A stretch of 64,000 nt of DNA from the human T2T-CHM13v2.0 reference genome, Homo sapiens, in the NCBI RefSeq assembly GCF_009914755.1, contig NC_060926.1, one strand, 5' to 3'. Below, piece by piece: positions 13,255 through 26,268 of the stretch (positions are counted from its first letter, which is position 1; each line of letters opens with the position of its first letter). The notes under the pieces are model-generated. The model was not told the origin of the DNA. It saw nothing but the letters and a program-made list of their open reading frames with translations, and did no database searches. The translations under genes and the position numbers were made by a program.

Positions 13255-13519
13255 AGAGGGTGCCAGAACACGAGAGGAGAGAAGTTTTCCTGGACCCCTG
13301 CAGAGCTGCGCTTGGAACAGCCAGGCCCAGATGCTCACGAGTTTGCAGTCAACCTAAATGCATGTCTCCTCTGCACCCGGGACACCCAGGCCCTGTAGCC
13401 TTTCAAATGGGAAGTCAGGGCAGTGCTGCAAAACCTCCACAGTGCGGAATTCCGGGAAAATTCTTTACAGAGGTGTGGAGGTGGAGGAAAGCTTCCTGGG
13501 CAGACCTTTGGGGTCGTCC

Positions 13520-13930
13520 CCACGCAGGCGCTTGCAGCCACCCCAGCTCGCGCGGGGCCGGGCTTTGGGGTGTGAGAGCTGGGACGGGAGTCGGGTGGAT
13601 GCCTGGCCGGAGCCGCCAGCTCCCCTCGTCCTCTTTGCTTGTCCTTTAGCACAAGGGCGAGCAGCGTAGGACAAAGACTCGGGCGGCAGCTGCCTGGTTC
13701 GGCGCGCAGGGGCGGCCTCGGCCACCCGGGGCGCCCGCCGCCTCCACCGCCCCGCGGGGGAGGCCCGATGCCCGTCTTTGTCTGTGCCGCCGCCGTGGGC
13801 CGGGTCCGCAGGAAGCGGGCGCCATCGTGCGGCCTGAGCTGGACACTGCGCCCCCGGAGGCGCGGAGGCGCGAACCACCAAGCGTGGCTCCAAGCTCCAC
13901 GGGGACGCTGGTGTCATCGTGGCCACGACT
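13520..13930. promoter_or_regulatory. Isolated CpG island
   Basis: ~400 bp very GC-rich, CpG-dense, non-repeat sequence in an otherwise CpG-depleted background. Confidence 0.8.
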
Positions 13931-14084
13931 GCTTGTACTGTTGTGGTGCGTTCTCTTTTGTATACTAAGTGCTGTGTGAACACAGAACCACTTCCAGTAA
14001 ATGCAACTGAGCCGTCGCCAGCAGAAAAAGTAGAAGGAGGTGGACAGACTTGTCTATGTACAATGAATAAAAATACCATGATCA

Positions 14085-14240
14085 AGAATATTTAGTGATG
14101 TAGTTGCTTGCATATGCGTGGAATATATCTGGAACGTCACAAAGGAAAGTGGTTACCGTACCTGCCCTGGTGACCTAGGAGGGTGGCTCATGACTTCCTT
14201 GACTTTCGTACCATGTGCACATATTACCTACTCAAAACCA
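14085..14240 (+). mobile_element. Ancient L1ME 3' UTR fragment
   Basis: TTGCATATGCGTGGAATATATCTGGAA...GTACCATGTGCACATATTACCTACTCAAAA resembles L1ME3/4 3' end. Confidence 0.55.
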
Positions 14241-14281
14241 AAGCATTTAACAACCTAAAGATATATTTAATAAAATGTGTC

Positions 14282-14574
14282 GGTCAGGCGCCGTGGCTCA
14301 CGCCTGTAATCCCAGCACTTTGGGAGGCCGAGGCAGGAGTATCACTTGAGGCCAGGAGTTGGAGATCAGCCTGGCAAACATGGCGAAACCCCGTCTCTAC
14401 TACAAATACAAAAATTAGCTGGCGTGGTGGCACATGCCTTTAATCCCAGCTACTCGGGAGGTTGAGACTAAAATCTCTTGAACCCGGGAGATAGAGGTTG
14501 CAGCGAGCTGAGATTGCACCACTGCACTCCAGCCTGGGCAACAGAGTGAGACTCCATCTCAAAAAAAAAAAAAA
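14282..14574 (+). mobile_element. Alu (AluS-like), full length
   Basis: Complete dimer and A tail. Confidence 0.97.
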
Positions 14575-16656
14575 GTCTATGATATGTACCATGTGCAAAT
14601 GTTGCTGAAGCCAAAGGTAAGTAAATGCCAAGTCCTTGCCTTCTGGGGACCCTGAGTACATGAACAATCTACAAGTCACAGAAACGGAATTAAACCATGT
14701 TTCAAAGGATGCTTGGTCAGGAAGGGTTTTTTGTTTTGTTTTGTTTTTTGTTTTTAGCTTGAATGACCCAGTTCAGCAGGTGAGGCTTTTGCAGTCTTGG
14801 TGAGGACAGAAAATGTCTTCGTTGTCCTGATTCAGTTGGCCAAACTCTTCTTACCATAGAGTAAATTCCTCTAACTATGTTTGTCTCTGAAAATGCTCAC
14901 CCCGGAAAGATAGCAGAAAAGTAGCATTTACCCTCTGGCTTATTTTAGAAGCCATGGGTAGAGTTGAAGCTCTCAGAAATGACGCTCTGTGTCCTTCCAA
15001 CCCAATCTTCTCTCCTAAACACTCCACCCCATCCTCTAACCGAAGTCCAAAGTACTCCAACAAATTTAACCTAGAGCCATGTACCAAGTTAGAATTGATT
15101 ACATTTAAGCTACTTCCAATTACCAGAGCCTTGATTCTGTGGCATAGCCACAGAGTTGGGCCTTGTTGTGGATGGCCTCCCAGAGCATTTAAATCTGGCC
15201 AAGGAGCCAAGGTAAATGCACTGGACCAGTGGAGCTCCTCCAGGCAGGGACAGCACCATCATCCTTTTTGTGACCTCCCCCCAGTGCCTCCATCAGTGCC
15301 TGGTAGAATACCTGGCACTGTATTAAACTGAACCCTAAACTTTTTATTTCCCTGGAAGTGCTCTGCAGAGTCATGGAAAAATGTTGAGACAGAAAGCTCA
15401 GCACTCCTGAGGTTGGGCTGGAAGGAGTGTGGGCAGCAGGGCTGCCTTAGGTGCTTAAAGAGTCTCTCCTGATCATAAAGAAGACGTGATCTGCATGCCA
15501 AATGGAAAAAGCTAGAGTCCTAAGAGCAGGGAGAGCAAACGGCTGGGAAAGCCTCCCCCAAGAGGAGAAAATTTAACTCGGCTGGGAAAGCATGGCTTTG
15601 GCCTAAGAAGGGAATGTGTGTATTCACATGTGTGTGCATGTGTGTGTGACAGCATGCATATGTGTGTGTGAACATGCACATGTGTAAGTGGCTGGGTCTG
15701 TGCAGTAAGCATTCGAGAATCCTGGTTCACCTGCCTGCTTGGAGCAAAGCATCTGATTTGGGGAGCAGGAGAGCAGGGGAGAGAGAGCTTATTGAGTCAA
15801 AATCTATATATAAATATACATTTTTTTTTTGCCATTGGACCCTTGAGGACCAATTTATAAACAATAACTTCCAAAAATGCAAGACCTAACCCCAGTCCCT
15901 ATCCTAGATCTCTGATGAACCTCTGAGGCATGAACAGGAGGGGCCTGGCCGGGCAGCAAGAACATGACCAGCATTTCCCTAGCAGTGGGGAAGGGAGTAG
16001 AAATGCATCTCAGACTTGCACGAGGCATGAAGTGGGTTAGCTGGTTTTCCTGTTTTCTGTAGAAACAGGGCGGATGCATCCTTCCATGTCCTCTGCTCCT
16101 GCCATGAGTTCTCTCTTAGACCTGCCTTGATTGTCCTGCTTCTGATGGGATAGACAAAAGAAATCAGGAACAGTAAGGAGCCTACTTCTTGGGAAAAACT
16201 GCTCAGCCAACTGGAAAGTACTTAGAATCTAAACTGCCCACTTGGGAAGGGGGACTAAGTCAACCTGCAGTCCATTTATTGAGTACCCATCGGCATCCTG
16301 CACCATGCTGGGCACTTTCAGGCAGGGTAGCATCTTCCATTTTATCTTATTGGGATTTCTGTGACCTAATGAGGGTGGCAATGAACCCAACTCCCTCTGT
16401 AACTCCAGAGAAGACAGTATGTCCACAGTACAATCCATGTTTGGATGGACAGTGTCCTTCAAACAGCTGCTTGTCAGTCAGGCCTTAGGCCTTGGTAAGC
16501 AAGTAGATGCCTCTTGCCTCAGCTGAGGCTTATTGGCCGTGTCAGGAGCCAAAGATATCCTCCAGTTCCTTAACTACCCCCTACACCACCTTCCCTTCTC
16601 TCCCCTCAAAAGAGAAGATTGGCGCCATTGGCTCCTTGAGGAAGACTTTGGCCTCC

Positions 16657-16697
16657 ATGTGCATGTGTGTGTGTGTGTGTGTGCGTGTGTGTGTGTG
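16657..16697. repeat. (TG)n microsatellite, interrupted
   Basis: Read directly. Confidence 0.92.
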
Positions 16698-17140
16698 GGT
16701 GTCTTCCCAGTGGGGAAGCCCTTTGCACTCTCGATGGGGATCCATGAAGCTTCTCAGCCTTGCCTTGGGCTCCCCTTGGGCTCCTGGCTCACGGGAGACA
16801 GAGGTTGGTGAGAATTAATTGTGAAGTGCATTGAGAGGCACAAATGAAAACCAGTCCCGCGGCGGAGAGATTATTACTGTTGGCAATTTGGGTTTTCTAA
16901 AATAGCTCTTAGGATATGACTGTGGCAGCCCAAACCCCAGAGGTGAGCTCAAGGCTGATAGATTTTCAGAGCAGCCCCATTTTGCTCCAGTCTCCGGCTT
17001 CCCTTCCCTCCAGGGCGGGGGTGAGCAAGGCAGAGTGGGTCGTGGGCTGGGGAGCACTGTCCCTTCCAAAGGCTGCTGATGGGAGGGCAGCTGAAGGCTG
17101 ACCCCACGTTCTTGAGAGAAGGTCCCCAGACTTCCCGGCA

Positions 17141-17361
17141 TAATTTCCTTCTCACTTCACTGTTCTCTTCCCTGTCTGAAATGGCAGGTGACCTAAGAGG
17201 GAGCGGTGTGCAAATTGATTTGGAGGCGATCAATGGCTCGGGGCGCGGCCCCGGCTCGCTGCCGTGTCACTGATCCTCTCCAAATCGATTCACACACCAT
17301 TCCTCCTCAGCACACCTGCCATGTCAGATGGAGAGGGACGCATGAAGTGAGAAGAAAATTA
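17141..17361. repeat. ~221-bp imperfect palindrome (possible ancient DNA-transposon-derived hairpin element)
   Basis: Terminal 19-mers match 18/19 as inverted repeats; 17175-17241 vs reverse complement of 17262-17328 match 51/67 without gaps (hand alignment). Confidence 0.9.
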
Positions 17362-18107
17362 CGTGTTCGTTAGGCCGCCGCCACCTCCGCCGCTGCCGCC
17401 TCTCCTCGTCCCAGCTCCCCACCACGTTCCAGTCCACTACCGCTTGCCTCGCGAGACTGGGGAGCCCTTTTCCATGCACGTGGAGAAAGAACCCAGAGGG
17501 TGACGGAGCTGCAAATATTCTTGCACCGACACCACCTCACTGACAGCCTCTAACTCAGGCAACTAAAAGTTGGCCCTCTCCATAACACTGGCTCCCAGAG
17601 CTTCTTACTCTTTTACTCTTCAAATTCTGTTGGGGACCAGTTTATAAACAGTCAACTTCATTGGTGGGCCCAGGGTCACTTGACATTTGAATTTCATTAA
17701 TTTGAATTAATCCACCCATCCATCCCTCCACCCACCCTGTCATTCAACAAGAAGTCAACTCTGTGGAACCCCCCACTGGGTGTCCAGCAGTGACCAGAGC
17801 TCAGGCCTGCTCCTCAACATCATGAGTTACGACCAGGACAATCTACTTTGGAGAAGTCAAAGTATGCTCACAGGAAAGGAAGCAAGGAATTAAATTCACA
17901 GAAAGAGTTCTTTAGCTATTTAAGACAGAACTTATTACAGTGCTCAGTCCACTAATCATTCATTACCAGTCGGCTAGGGGCTCAGAGGGTGACACCAGAA
18001 GGCGAATACACTGAGACGCTAAGTTTTTTCACAGTAAGACTTTCTCAATGAAGGAAGCAGTGCATTTTACGTTCTGGTGCAAGCACTCCCGGACTGGCAC
18101 GTTGAGG

Positions 18108-18868
18108 CAGGCACAGCTTATCTATTAGTCACAGTGGGCACAGTGCCCAAGCCCCAAGATACACTTAGGGATTGTGGTAGCTAAATAATGCCCCATCCCC
18201 CACCAAAGATACCTACATTCTGGTTCCCAGAAACCATGGACATTACATAGCAAAAGAGATCTTGCAGATGTGATTAAATTAGGGATCTTGAGATTGGGGA
18301 GGTTATCCTGGATTATCTGGATGGGCCCAAAATAAACACAAGGGTCCTTTTAAGAGAGAGGCAAGGAGTCAGAGAAACAGATGTGATGACAGAAGCACAA
18401 TTCAGAGAGTCAGAGAGAGGTATGAAGATGTGAATCTGCTGGCTCTGAAGAGTCCACAAACAAAGCAATATGAGCATCTTTTAGAAGCTCAGAAAGGCAG
18501 AAGCATTCCCACTTTGTGCCTCCAGACGGAACCAGACCTGCCAACACATTGATTTCAGCCCAATGAGACTTCCAATCTCCAGAACTATAAGATCATGAAT
18601 TTGTATTGTTTGAAGCTGCTAAATTTGTGGTAATTTGGCACAGCAGCAATAGGAAACTAACACAGGGGTCAACGACAAAAAGTTTTATTTTCTTTTCAGA
18701 AGAAAAAAATAAATTTTTAGGTCAAAGAAAATGTTCTACCATAAAATCCTAATATATTTCTCTTTATACCAATGCAGCTGTAAAATAGAATTTTTGATTT
18801 TTTTTATGGTGAGTGGGGCCCACAGAGACAAGGTGCCAAGAGCCATGGAAGTCCCCATGTAACCATGC
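18108..18868 (+). mobile_element. ORSL-like hAT-Tip100 element, split by an MLT1D LTR
   Basis: CACAGTGGGCACAGTGCCC left part and TCAAAGAAAATGTT...GGGGCCCACAGAGACAAGGTGCC right part recall ORSL consensus. Confidence 0.6.
18173..18664 (+). mobile_element. MLT1D-like MaLR solo LTR
   Basis: TGTGGTAG...AACTAACACA termini, TTGCAGATGTGATTAA and ATCCTGGATTATCTGGATGGGCCC motifs, 5-bp TSD GGGAT/GGGGT. Confidence 0.88.
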
Positions 18869-20280
18869 TTTGAGTAGCAGTGATCACGAGGAACCCTGTC
18901 CCCACAAAATTCTAGAAGGATAGGAAAGTACATATCTGATGTACAGCTGAACAACCCATTTGACCACCAGTCTTAATGCAGCCATTCTGTAAATCCTTCA
19001 AAAACCGGCATTTTTAAACAGAAGTTAAGTGTGCTAAATTCATTTGCCAAAGTACATCCAAGTTACTTATTTAGAATACGGGAGGGTGGGTCTGCTTCCT
19101 TCTGTCTTGTACAGTCTTCAGTTACACAGAAATGGTTTCCCTCAAGATTAGAGGTGTTTCCTATTTATAACTGAGGATTCCTTTTCTTTGAAAAGCTCCC
19201 TGGAAGATTTCTGGATGACTTGGAAGCTAAATCAACTAAAAGTTTTTAACGATCTTTTAATCCTGCTTTTGTCTGCTCTTGAGCCACTGAAATCAAGATT
19301 CTTCCACAGGCAGAGAACCAAAGTGATTCCTCTCAGCAAACTCTTTGACTTACTGTCCAGGTTCTGACACATTCCTCTGCCAACAGCAAATAAGTGAGAA
19401 TGCTTCCAATGAGCAGTGGCATCTCTTCTCATTTGTAAAAGGGAGTGTCAGACTGAAAATAGTGGCCAACTGTTTTAACCCAAAAAGCAAGAATTTCAGG
19501 CCAACTGCAGCCAAGTGGGCTATTCTTAGCTATGCATAGGAGACTGGGAGGTCTCTCTGTGGGTTGTGGGTAGATGGTTCAGGGTTTGTGACTTTTAAGT
19601 TGCTCTTGCAAATGTTTAAAGATGAACAAGCCCCTGCAGATCACATTCATCATGAACACTTCAATTCTATCAGACCTCCATGGCCCTTCTCAAACATCAA
19701 CTTGTTTTTGAGGTTTCCCCCCAGTAACTCAGGAATCAATTCAGAATGATTCTTTCCACTCCTGATCACCCATGATCCCTTTGATCAGTGCTGTATTTAT
19801 ACTTGGATGACATCCTAAGTGGTACTTGGATGTTACTTTTGCAGAGTCCTGACACGGTCTTCATCCACCTTGAGTTTTCAGAAGTATTTGAGGTGACCGC
19901 TTCTTCCTCCTTTTGTTTCTAGACCTCTGTGACACATACTTGCCTAGTTTTTCTCACACCTCACTGGACTTTTTAAATTCTTTACTGATTTCTTGTTCTC
20001 TAACAAATCTCTAAATGTTGAAGCACTCCAGGGTGCTGTCTTTTGTTCTTTTCATTCTCTGTCCACCTGTCTCCCTAGATGATCTTATATGGTTCCATGA
20101 TTTCATGAACCATGGCTTTATCATAACTGCCAAATGCTACCTCCAGCCTGAACCTCTTCTCTGAATTCTGAACTCATATTTCCAACCATTCACTCAACAG
20201 CTCCATGTGGATGTTGTCGTGGATTTGTAATGTGTCAGCTTGGCTAGACTAAACTACGTGTTTCAGCACTCCCTTTCTTA

Positions 20281-21011
20281 CACGCATGCTTCTTGGCATA
20301 AAATAGGGTTACATCCTGATAAACCCATTGCAAGTATCATAAATCAAAAATGCGTCTAATATACCTAACCTATTGAACATCATAGCTTAGCCTAGCCTAA
20401 CTTACATGTGCTCAGAACACTTACGTTAGCCTACTAACTTACTCATATTTTTTTAAAGACAAGGGCTTGCTCTTTCGCCCATGCTGGAGGGCAATGGCAT
20501 GATGAAAGCTCACTGCAGCCTTGAACTCCTGGGCTCAAGCAGTCCTCTTGTCCTAGCTTCCTGAATATCTAGAACTACACCACACCTGGCTTGTTTGTTT
20601 GTTTGTTTGTTTGTTGTAGAAATGAGGTCTGACTTCTTTGCCCAGGCTGGTCTCAAACTCCTGGCTTCAAGCAATCCTGCGGCCTCAGACTTCCAAAGAG
20701 ATGGGATTATAGACATGAGCCATCATGCCCAACCTTCATTAGCTTATAGCTGGCAAAATCATCTAACACAAAGCCTCTTTTATAATAATGTGTTGAATGT
20801 CTCATGTAATTTATTGAATACCATACTGAAAGTGAAAAACAGAATGGTTATAGGGGTACCCTAAGTATTTTCTACTCAATGTGTATTGCTTTTGCACCAT
20901 CATGAAGTCAAAAATCATAAGGAATTCTGTGTTCTGAATGTGCTGGAAACTTTTTTTAATAGAATAAAATTAAACTAGTAAGTCAAACCATCAGAAGTCA
21001 GGGACCATCTG
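20281..21011 (+). mobile_element. MER47A-like TcMar-Tigger element
   Basis: GAACATCATAGCTTAGCCTAGCCTA, CAAAATCATCTAACACAAAGCC, terminal GTCAGGGACCATCTG. Confidence 0.85.
20447..20734 (-). mobile_element. Alu (AluJ-like) inside MER47A
   Basis: Reverse Alu with (TTTG)n linker; duplicated TTAGCCTA/TTAGCTTA flanks. Confidence 0.93.
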
Positions 21012-21189
21012 TGTATTTTCAGTTAGGATGGGCTACAAAGGTGATTCCTGGAAGATTTTGGAAGGTGGAACAAAAGCAGCACCCATTTTATAGCTCACAG
21101 ATATTATTGCTGATCTGCTGACTCATTTCACTGGTGTGAAGCAGCAGTTGGGCCTGCAACTGCACTATCTTCCCTGGGATCTTTCTTCA

Positions 21190-21750
<561 letters not shown>

Positions 21751-22067
21751 CTAATCTGCTCTCCAAAGTTCTCCCCATCTCAGTAAATGACAGAAGGGAA
21801 ACCACAAGTTAATTCACCAATTGGTCCTGTTAGTTCTATCTCCAAAATACATTACCAGGGTAACTGCCTGTTGCCACCTCTACTGCTAAAATTTTTATTC
21901 CAGCCACCACCATCTCTTACCTGGGTAACTGCAACAGTCTGTCATCTACACTCGCAGTTTCCCCTCTTGTTCTATTTACAGCAGCCTATCCTTCACACAG
22001 TAACCAGAAAATCTTTCTGGATCTTAAATCCAAACCCTTCCTTCTCCTCCTTAAAACCTTCAATACC

Positions 22068-22333
22068 AGACCACATGTGGTGGCTCATACCTATAATCTC
22101 AACACTTTGGGAGGCCAAGGCAGGCAGACTACTTGAAACCAGGAGTTTGAGACCAGCCTGGACAACATCGTTTTGCCCGTCTCTACAAAAAATACAAAAA
22201 TTAGCCAGGATTGATGGTGCACACTTGCAGTTCTAGCTACTTGGGAGGCTGAAGTGAGAGGATCCCTTGAGCCCTAGAGGTCAAGTCCAGCCTGGGCAAT
22301 AGGGTGAGATTCTGTCTCAAAGAAAAAAAAAAA
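22068..22333 (+). mobile_element. Alu (AluJ-like)
   Basis: Diverged dimer; TSD AAAACCTTCAATA/AAAACCTTAAATA. Confidence 0.92.
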
Positions 22334-22939
22334 CCTTAAATATCTTCCCACTGCAATCAAAATATAAATCCAGAATCCTCCAAGATCCTATATATTTTGA
22401 CCCCTCATGCTCCTTGGGCCTCATTTCCCTGCACTGTCCCATTTATTCTCTATCTTTAGGCACACGCACTCTCAGACATGCCTGCTCACACCCTGGAGCC
22501 TTGGCACCAGCTGTTCCTCCTGCTTGGAATGCCCTTTCCTCAGGACCTCACTTGGCTCCCTCCTCACTGTTTAGACCTCAACTTAAATGTCACCTCCACA
22601 GAGTTTCTCTCCACTCTCACTTGCTCAGTTATCTGAGTAAGGTTTCTACCACATTACTCTAGTTTGTCTTTTTCATAGGCCCTCACTGTACATGAAATTA
22701 TCTTATTGATATATTACTGTTTTGTGTTTCTGGAGTGTCACCTCTGTGGAATGTAAGATCTTTGAAGGCTGACAATCTGTCTGGTTCATTGCTATTCTCC
22801 AGAAGTAAGAAAGTGTTCTTGCAGGGAGTAGGAGCATAATAAGTACCTTTGACTATTTCTTACGTTGTTCCCTAACTAACTGGTTCAATCTTTTAACCTC
22901 TCCAGTGATAGTTTACACATCTTGGAAATCAAAACCATC

Positions 22940-25900
22940 TTCAGAAAAGGGAGATGTTACAACTGACACCACAGAAAGAGAAAGAATCATTAGAGACTAT
23001 TCCAAACAATTATACACCAACAAATTTGAAAATCTAGAAGGAATGGATACATTCCTGGATACATACAACCTACAAAGACTGAACCATGAAGACATGGAAA
23101 ACCTCAACATGCCAATAACGAGTAACCAGATGGAAGCTTCCCATCGAAGAAAAACCCAGGACCTGATGACTTCACTGCTGAGTTCTACAAAACATTTAAA
23201 GAACTAACACCAATTTTACTCAAACTCTTCAGAAAAATTGAAGAGAAGGGAATACTTCCAAACTCATCCTACAAGGCCAGCATTTCCCTCCTACCAAAGC
23301 CAGGCAGGGACACAATGAATAAAGAAAGCTACAGGCCAGCATCACCGATGAACAAAGGCGTAAAAACACTCAACGAAATAGTAGCAAACCAAATTCAACA
23401 ACACATTAAAAAGATTATTCACCATGATCAGGTGGTATTCATCTCAGGGATGCAAAGATGATTCAACATACACAAATTAATACATGATACATCACATTAA
23501 CAGAACCAAAAACAAAATTTATATGATCAATTCAATAGATGCTGAAAAAGCATTCAATAAAATTAAAATGTTAAAATCCTCAAAAAACTGGATAGAGGAC
23601 GAACATATCTCAAAATAATAAAAGGCCATATATGACAAACCCATAGCTAACATCATACTGAACGTGGAAAAATTGGAAGCCTTTCCTTCAAGATCTGGAA
23701 GAAGACAAGGATGCCCACTTTTACCACTTTTATTCAACATAATACTGGAAGTCTTGGCCAGAGCAATTAGGCAAGAGAAAAAAAGAAAGGGCATCCAAAT
23801 TGGAAAGAAAGAAGTCAAATTAGCCTTTTTCACAGACAACACGATCTTATACTTAGAAATGCCTAAAGACTCCACCAAAAAATTGTTAGAACTGATAAAT
23901 GGATTCAGTAAAGTTGCAGGATATAAAATAAACATACAAAAGTCAGCAGCATTTATATGTGCCAACAGCAAACAATTTGAAAAAGAAATCAGAAAGCAAT
24001 TTAATTTACAATAGCTACAAAAACAAAATACTTAAGAATCAGTTTGACCAAAGAAGAGAAAGCTCTGTACAAGCAAAATTATAAAACACTGATGAAAGAA
24101 ATTGAAGAGGACACAAAAAAAGAAAGATATATTCCATACTCATGGATTGAAAGAATTAATGCCATTAAAATGACATTACTACCTAAAGGAATTTACAGAT
24201 TCAATGTAATCTCTATCAAAATACCAAGTATATTCTTCACAGAAGTAGAAAAAAAATCCTAAAATATACATGGAACCATAAAAGACCCCAAATAGCCAAA
24301 AAAAAAAAAAAATCCTGAATAAAAAGAACAAAGCTGGAAGCATCACATTATCTGACTTTAAAATATATTACAAAGCTATATTTACCAAATCAGCATGGTA
24401 CTGTCAAAAAAAAAAAAAAGCCAAAAACAAAAAAAGAAAAACAGACACATAGACCATTGGAACAGAATAGGGAACCAGATAAAAATTCATTCATTTATAG
24501 CCAACTGATTTTCAACAAAGGCACGAAGAACATACAACAGGGAAAGGACACCCTCTTCAATAAATGTTGCTGGGAAAACTCTATAACTATATGCAGAAGA
24601 ACAAAACTAGACCCCTACCTCTCACCATAGGCAAAAATAAAATCAAACAGATAAGAGACTTAAATTTAAGACCTGAAACTATGAAACTACTAGAAGGGAA
24701 CATTGAGGAAATACTCTAGGACATTGTTCTGGGCAAAGAGTTTTTGTGTAAGACCTCAAAAGCATAGGTAACCAAAGCAAAAATAGACAAGTGTGATTAC
24801 AACCAGCTAAAAACCTTCTGCACAACAAAGGAAATAATCAACAAAGAGACAACCCACAGAATGAGAGGAAATATTTACAAATTATCCATCTGACAAGGGA
24901 TTAGTAACTAGAACATATAAAGAACTCAAACGACTCAATAGCAAAAAAACCCTGAAATAATCCAATTACAAAATGAGAAGAAGAACTCAGTAGACACTTC
25001 TCAAAATAATATATACAAATGGCCAACAGATATATGAAAAAATGTTTAGTATCACTCATCATCATAATCAGAGAAATGCAAATCAAAACCATAATGAGAT
25101 ATCATCCATGTCACCCCAGTTAAAATGGCTTTTATCAAAAAGACAGGGAATAATGGATGCTGGCTAGGATATGGAGGAAGGGGAACCCCCATACACTGTT
25201 GGTGGGAATGCAAATTAGAACAGTCACAAAGGAAAACTGTATGGAGGTTCCTCAAAAAACTAAAAATAGAACTACCATATGATTTAGCATTTTCACTACT
25301 GGCTATATATCCAAGAGAAAGAAAATCAATATATCAAAGAGATATCTGCACTCCCATGTTTACTGCAATGTTATTTACAATAGCTAAAATATGGAATCAA
25401 CCTAAGTACTCATCAGTGGATGAATGGATAGAGAAAATGTGATACATATGCACAACAGAATATTATTTAGTCATCAAAAAAATGAAATCCTGTGATTTAC
25501 GGAAACATGGATGGAACTGGAGGTCATTATGTTAAGTAAAACAAGCCAAGCACAAAAAGACAAATATCTCATATTCCCACTCATATGTGGGAGCTGAAGA
25601 CAGACAGTAGATTGGTGGTTTCCAGAGGCCAGGAATGGTCAGAGGGGTGAGGGGCAGATGCAAAGAGGTTGATTAATGGGTCCAAATAAACATAGAAAAA
25701 ACAAATACAAAGTTTGATAAAAGAAATAAGACCTCATGTTTGATAGATTAGTAGAGTGACTACAGTTTGCAATAATCTATTGTATATCTCAAAATAGATG
25801 GAAGAGAATAACTCAAATGGCTCTAGCATAAAGAAAAGACATATATTTAAGGTGATAAATACCCCAATTACACTGATTTGATCTTTACAAATTATACAAA

Positions 25901-25960
25901 TGTATTAAATTATCACGTGCCCTGAAAATGTGTACATCCATTATTTATCAATTATAAAAC
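22940..25960 (+). mobile_element. 5'-truncated L1 (L1MA-like): disrupted ORF2 plus 3' UTR
   Basis: ORF fragments [28 protein letters not shown] (RT), [16 protein letters not shown] (C-terminal Cys-rich region); many stops and frameshifts; FADD motif degraded to FTDN. Confidence 0.97.
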
Positions 25961-26139
25961 ATATGAAATGTGCTGCATGGTGCCTAGCAAAAGGCTAGGA
26001 ATATGGGTGGCAGGTTCTCAATAATATTCATCTCAGACAAGAGTGGTGGTTGCAACATAAATCACTGTTCAGAGCCACCTGTACCCCAAGCCTCCATGTA
26101 GTTCCTTCTTTTCTCTTGGCTTTTCTCTCTTTGCTTCTT

Positions 26140-26268
26140 AAGGAGTGATTAAGAACACTGGGCCAGAGAGACAGGGCTCTGGGCTGAGATGTGTTGCTAA
26201 CTAGCTGTAGAACTCAGGGCCAGTAGCCTTTTGCAGAACTCAGTTTCTGAAACTCTAAAATGGACAGG
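26140..26268 (+). mobile_element. MIR fragment
   Basis: ACTAGCTGT...CTCAGTTTCTGAAACTCTAAAATGG core. Confidence 0.6.

Noticed and set aside
13465-14085. 206-aa minus ORF and overlapping ORFs
   Set aside because: Stop-poor frames are expected in a GC-rich island; low-complexity A/R/P/G composition.
22905-25442. Reverse-transcriptase-like ORFs as a novel system or active element
   Set aside because: Ordinary fragmented L1 ORF2, 5'-truncated, with a degraded catalytic motif.
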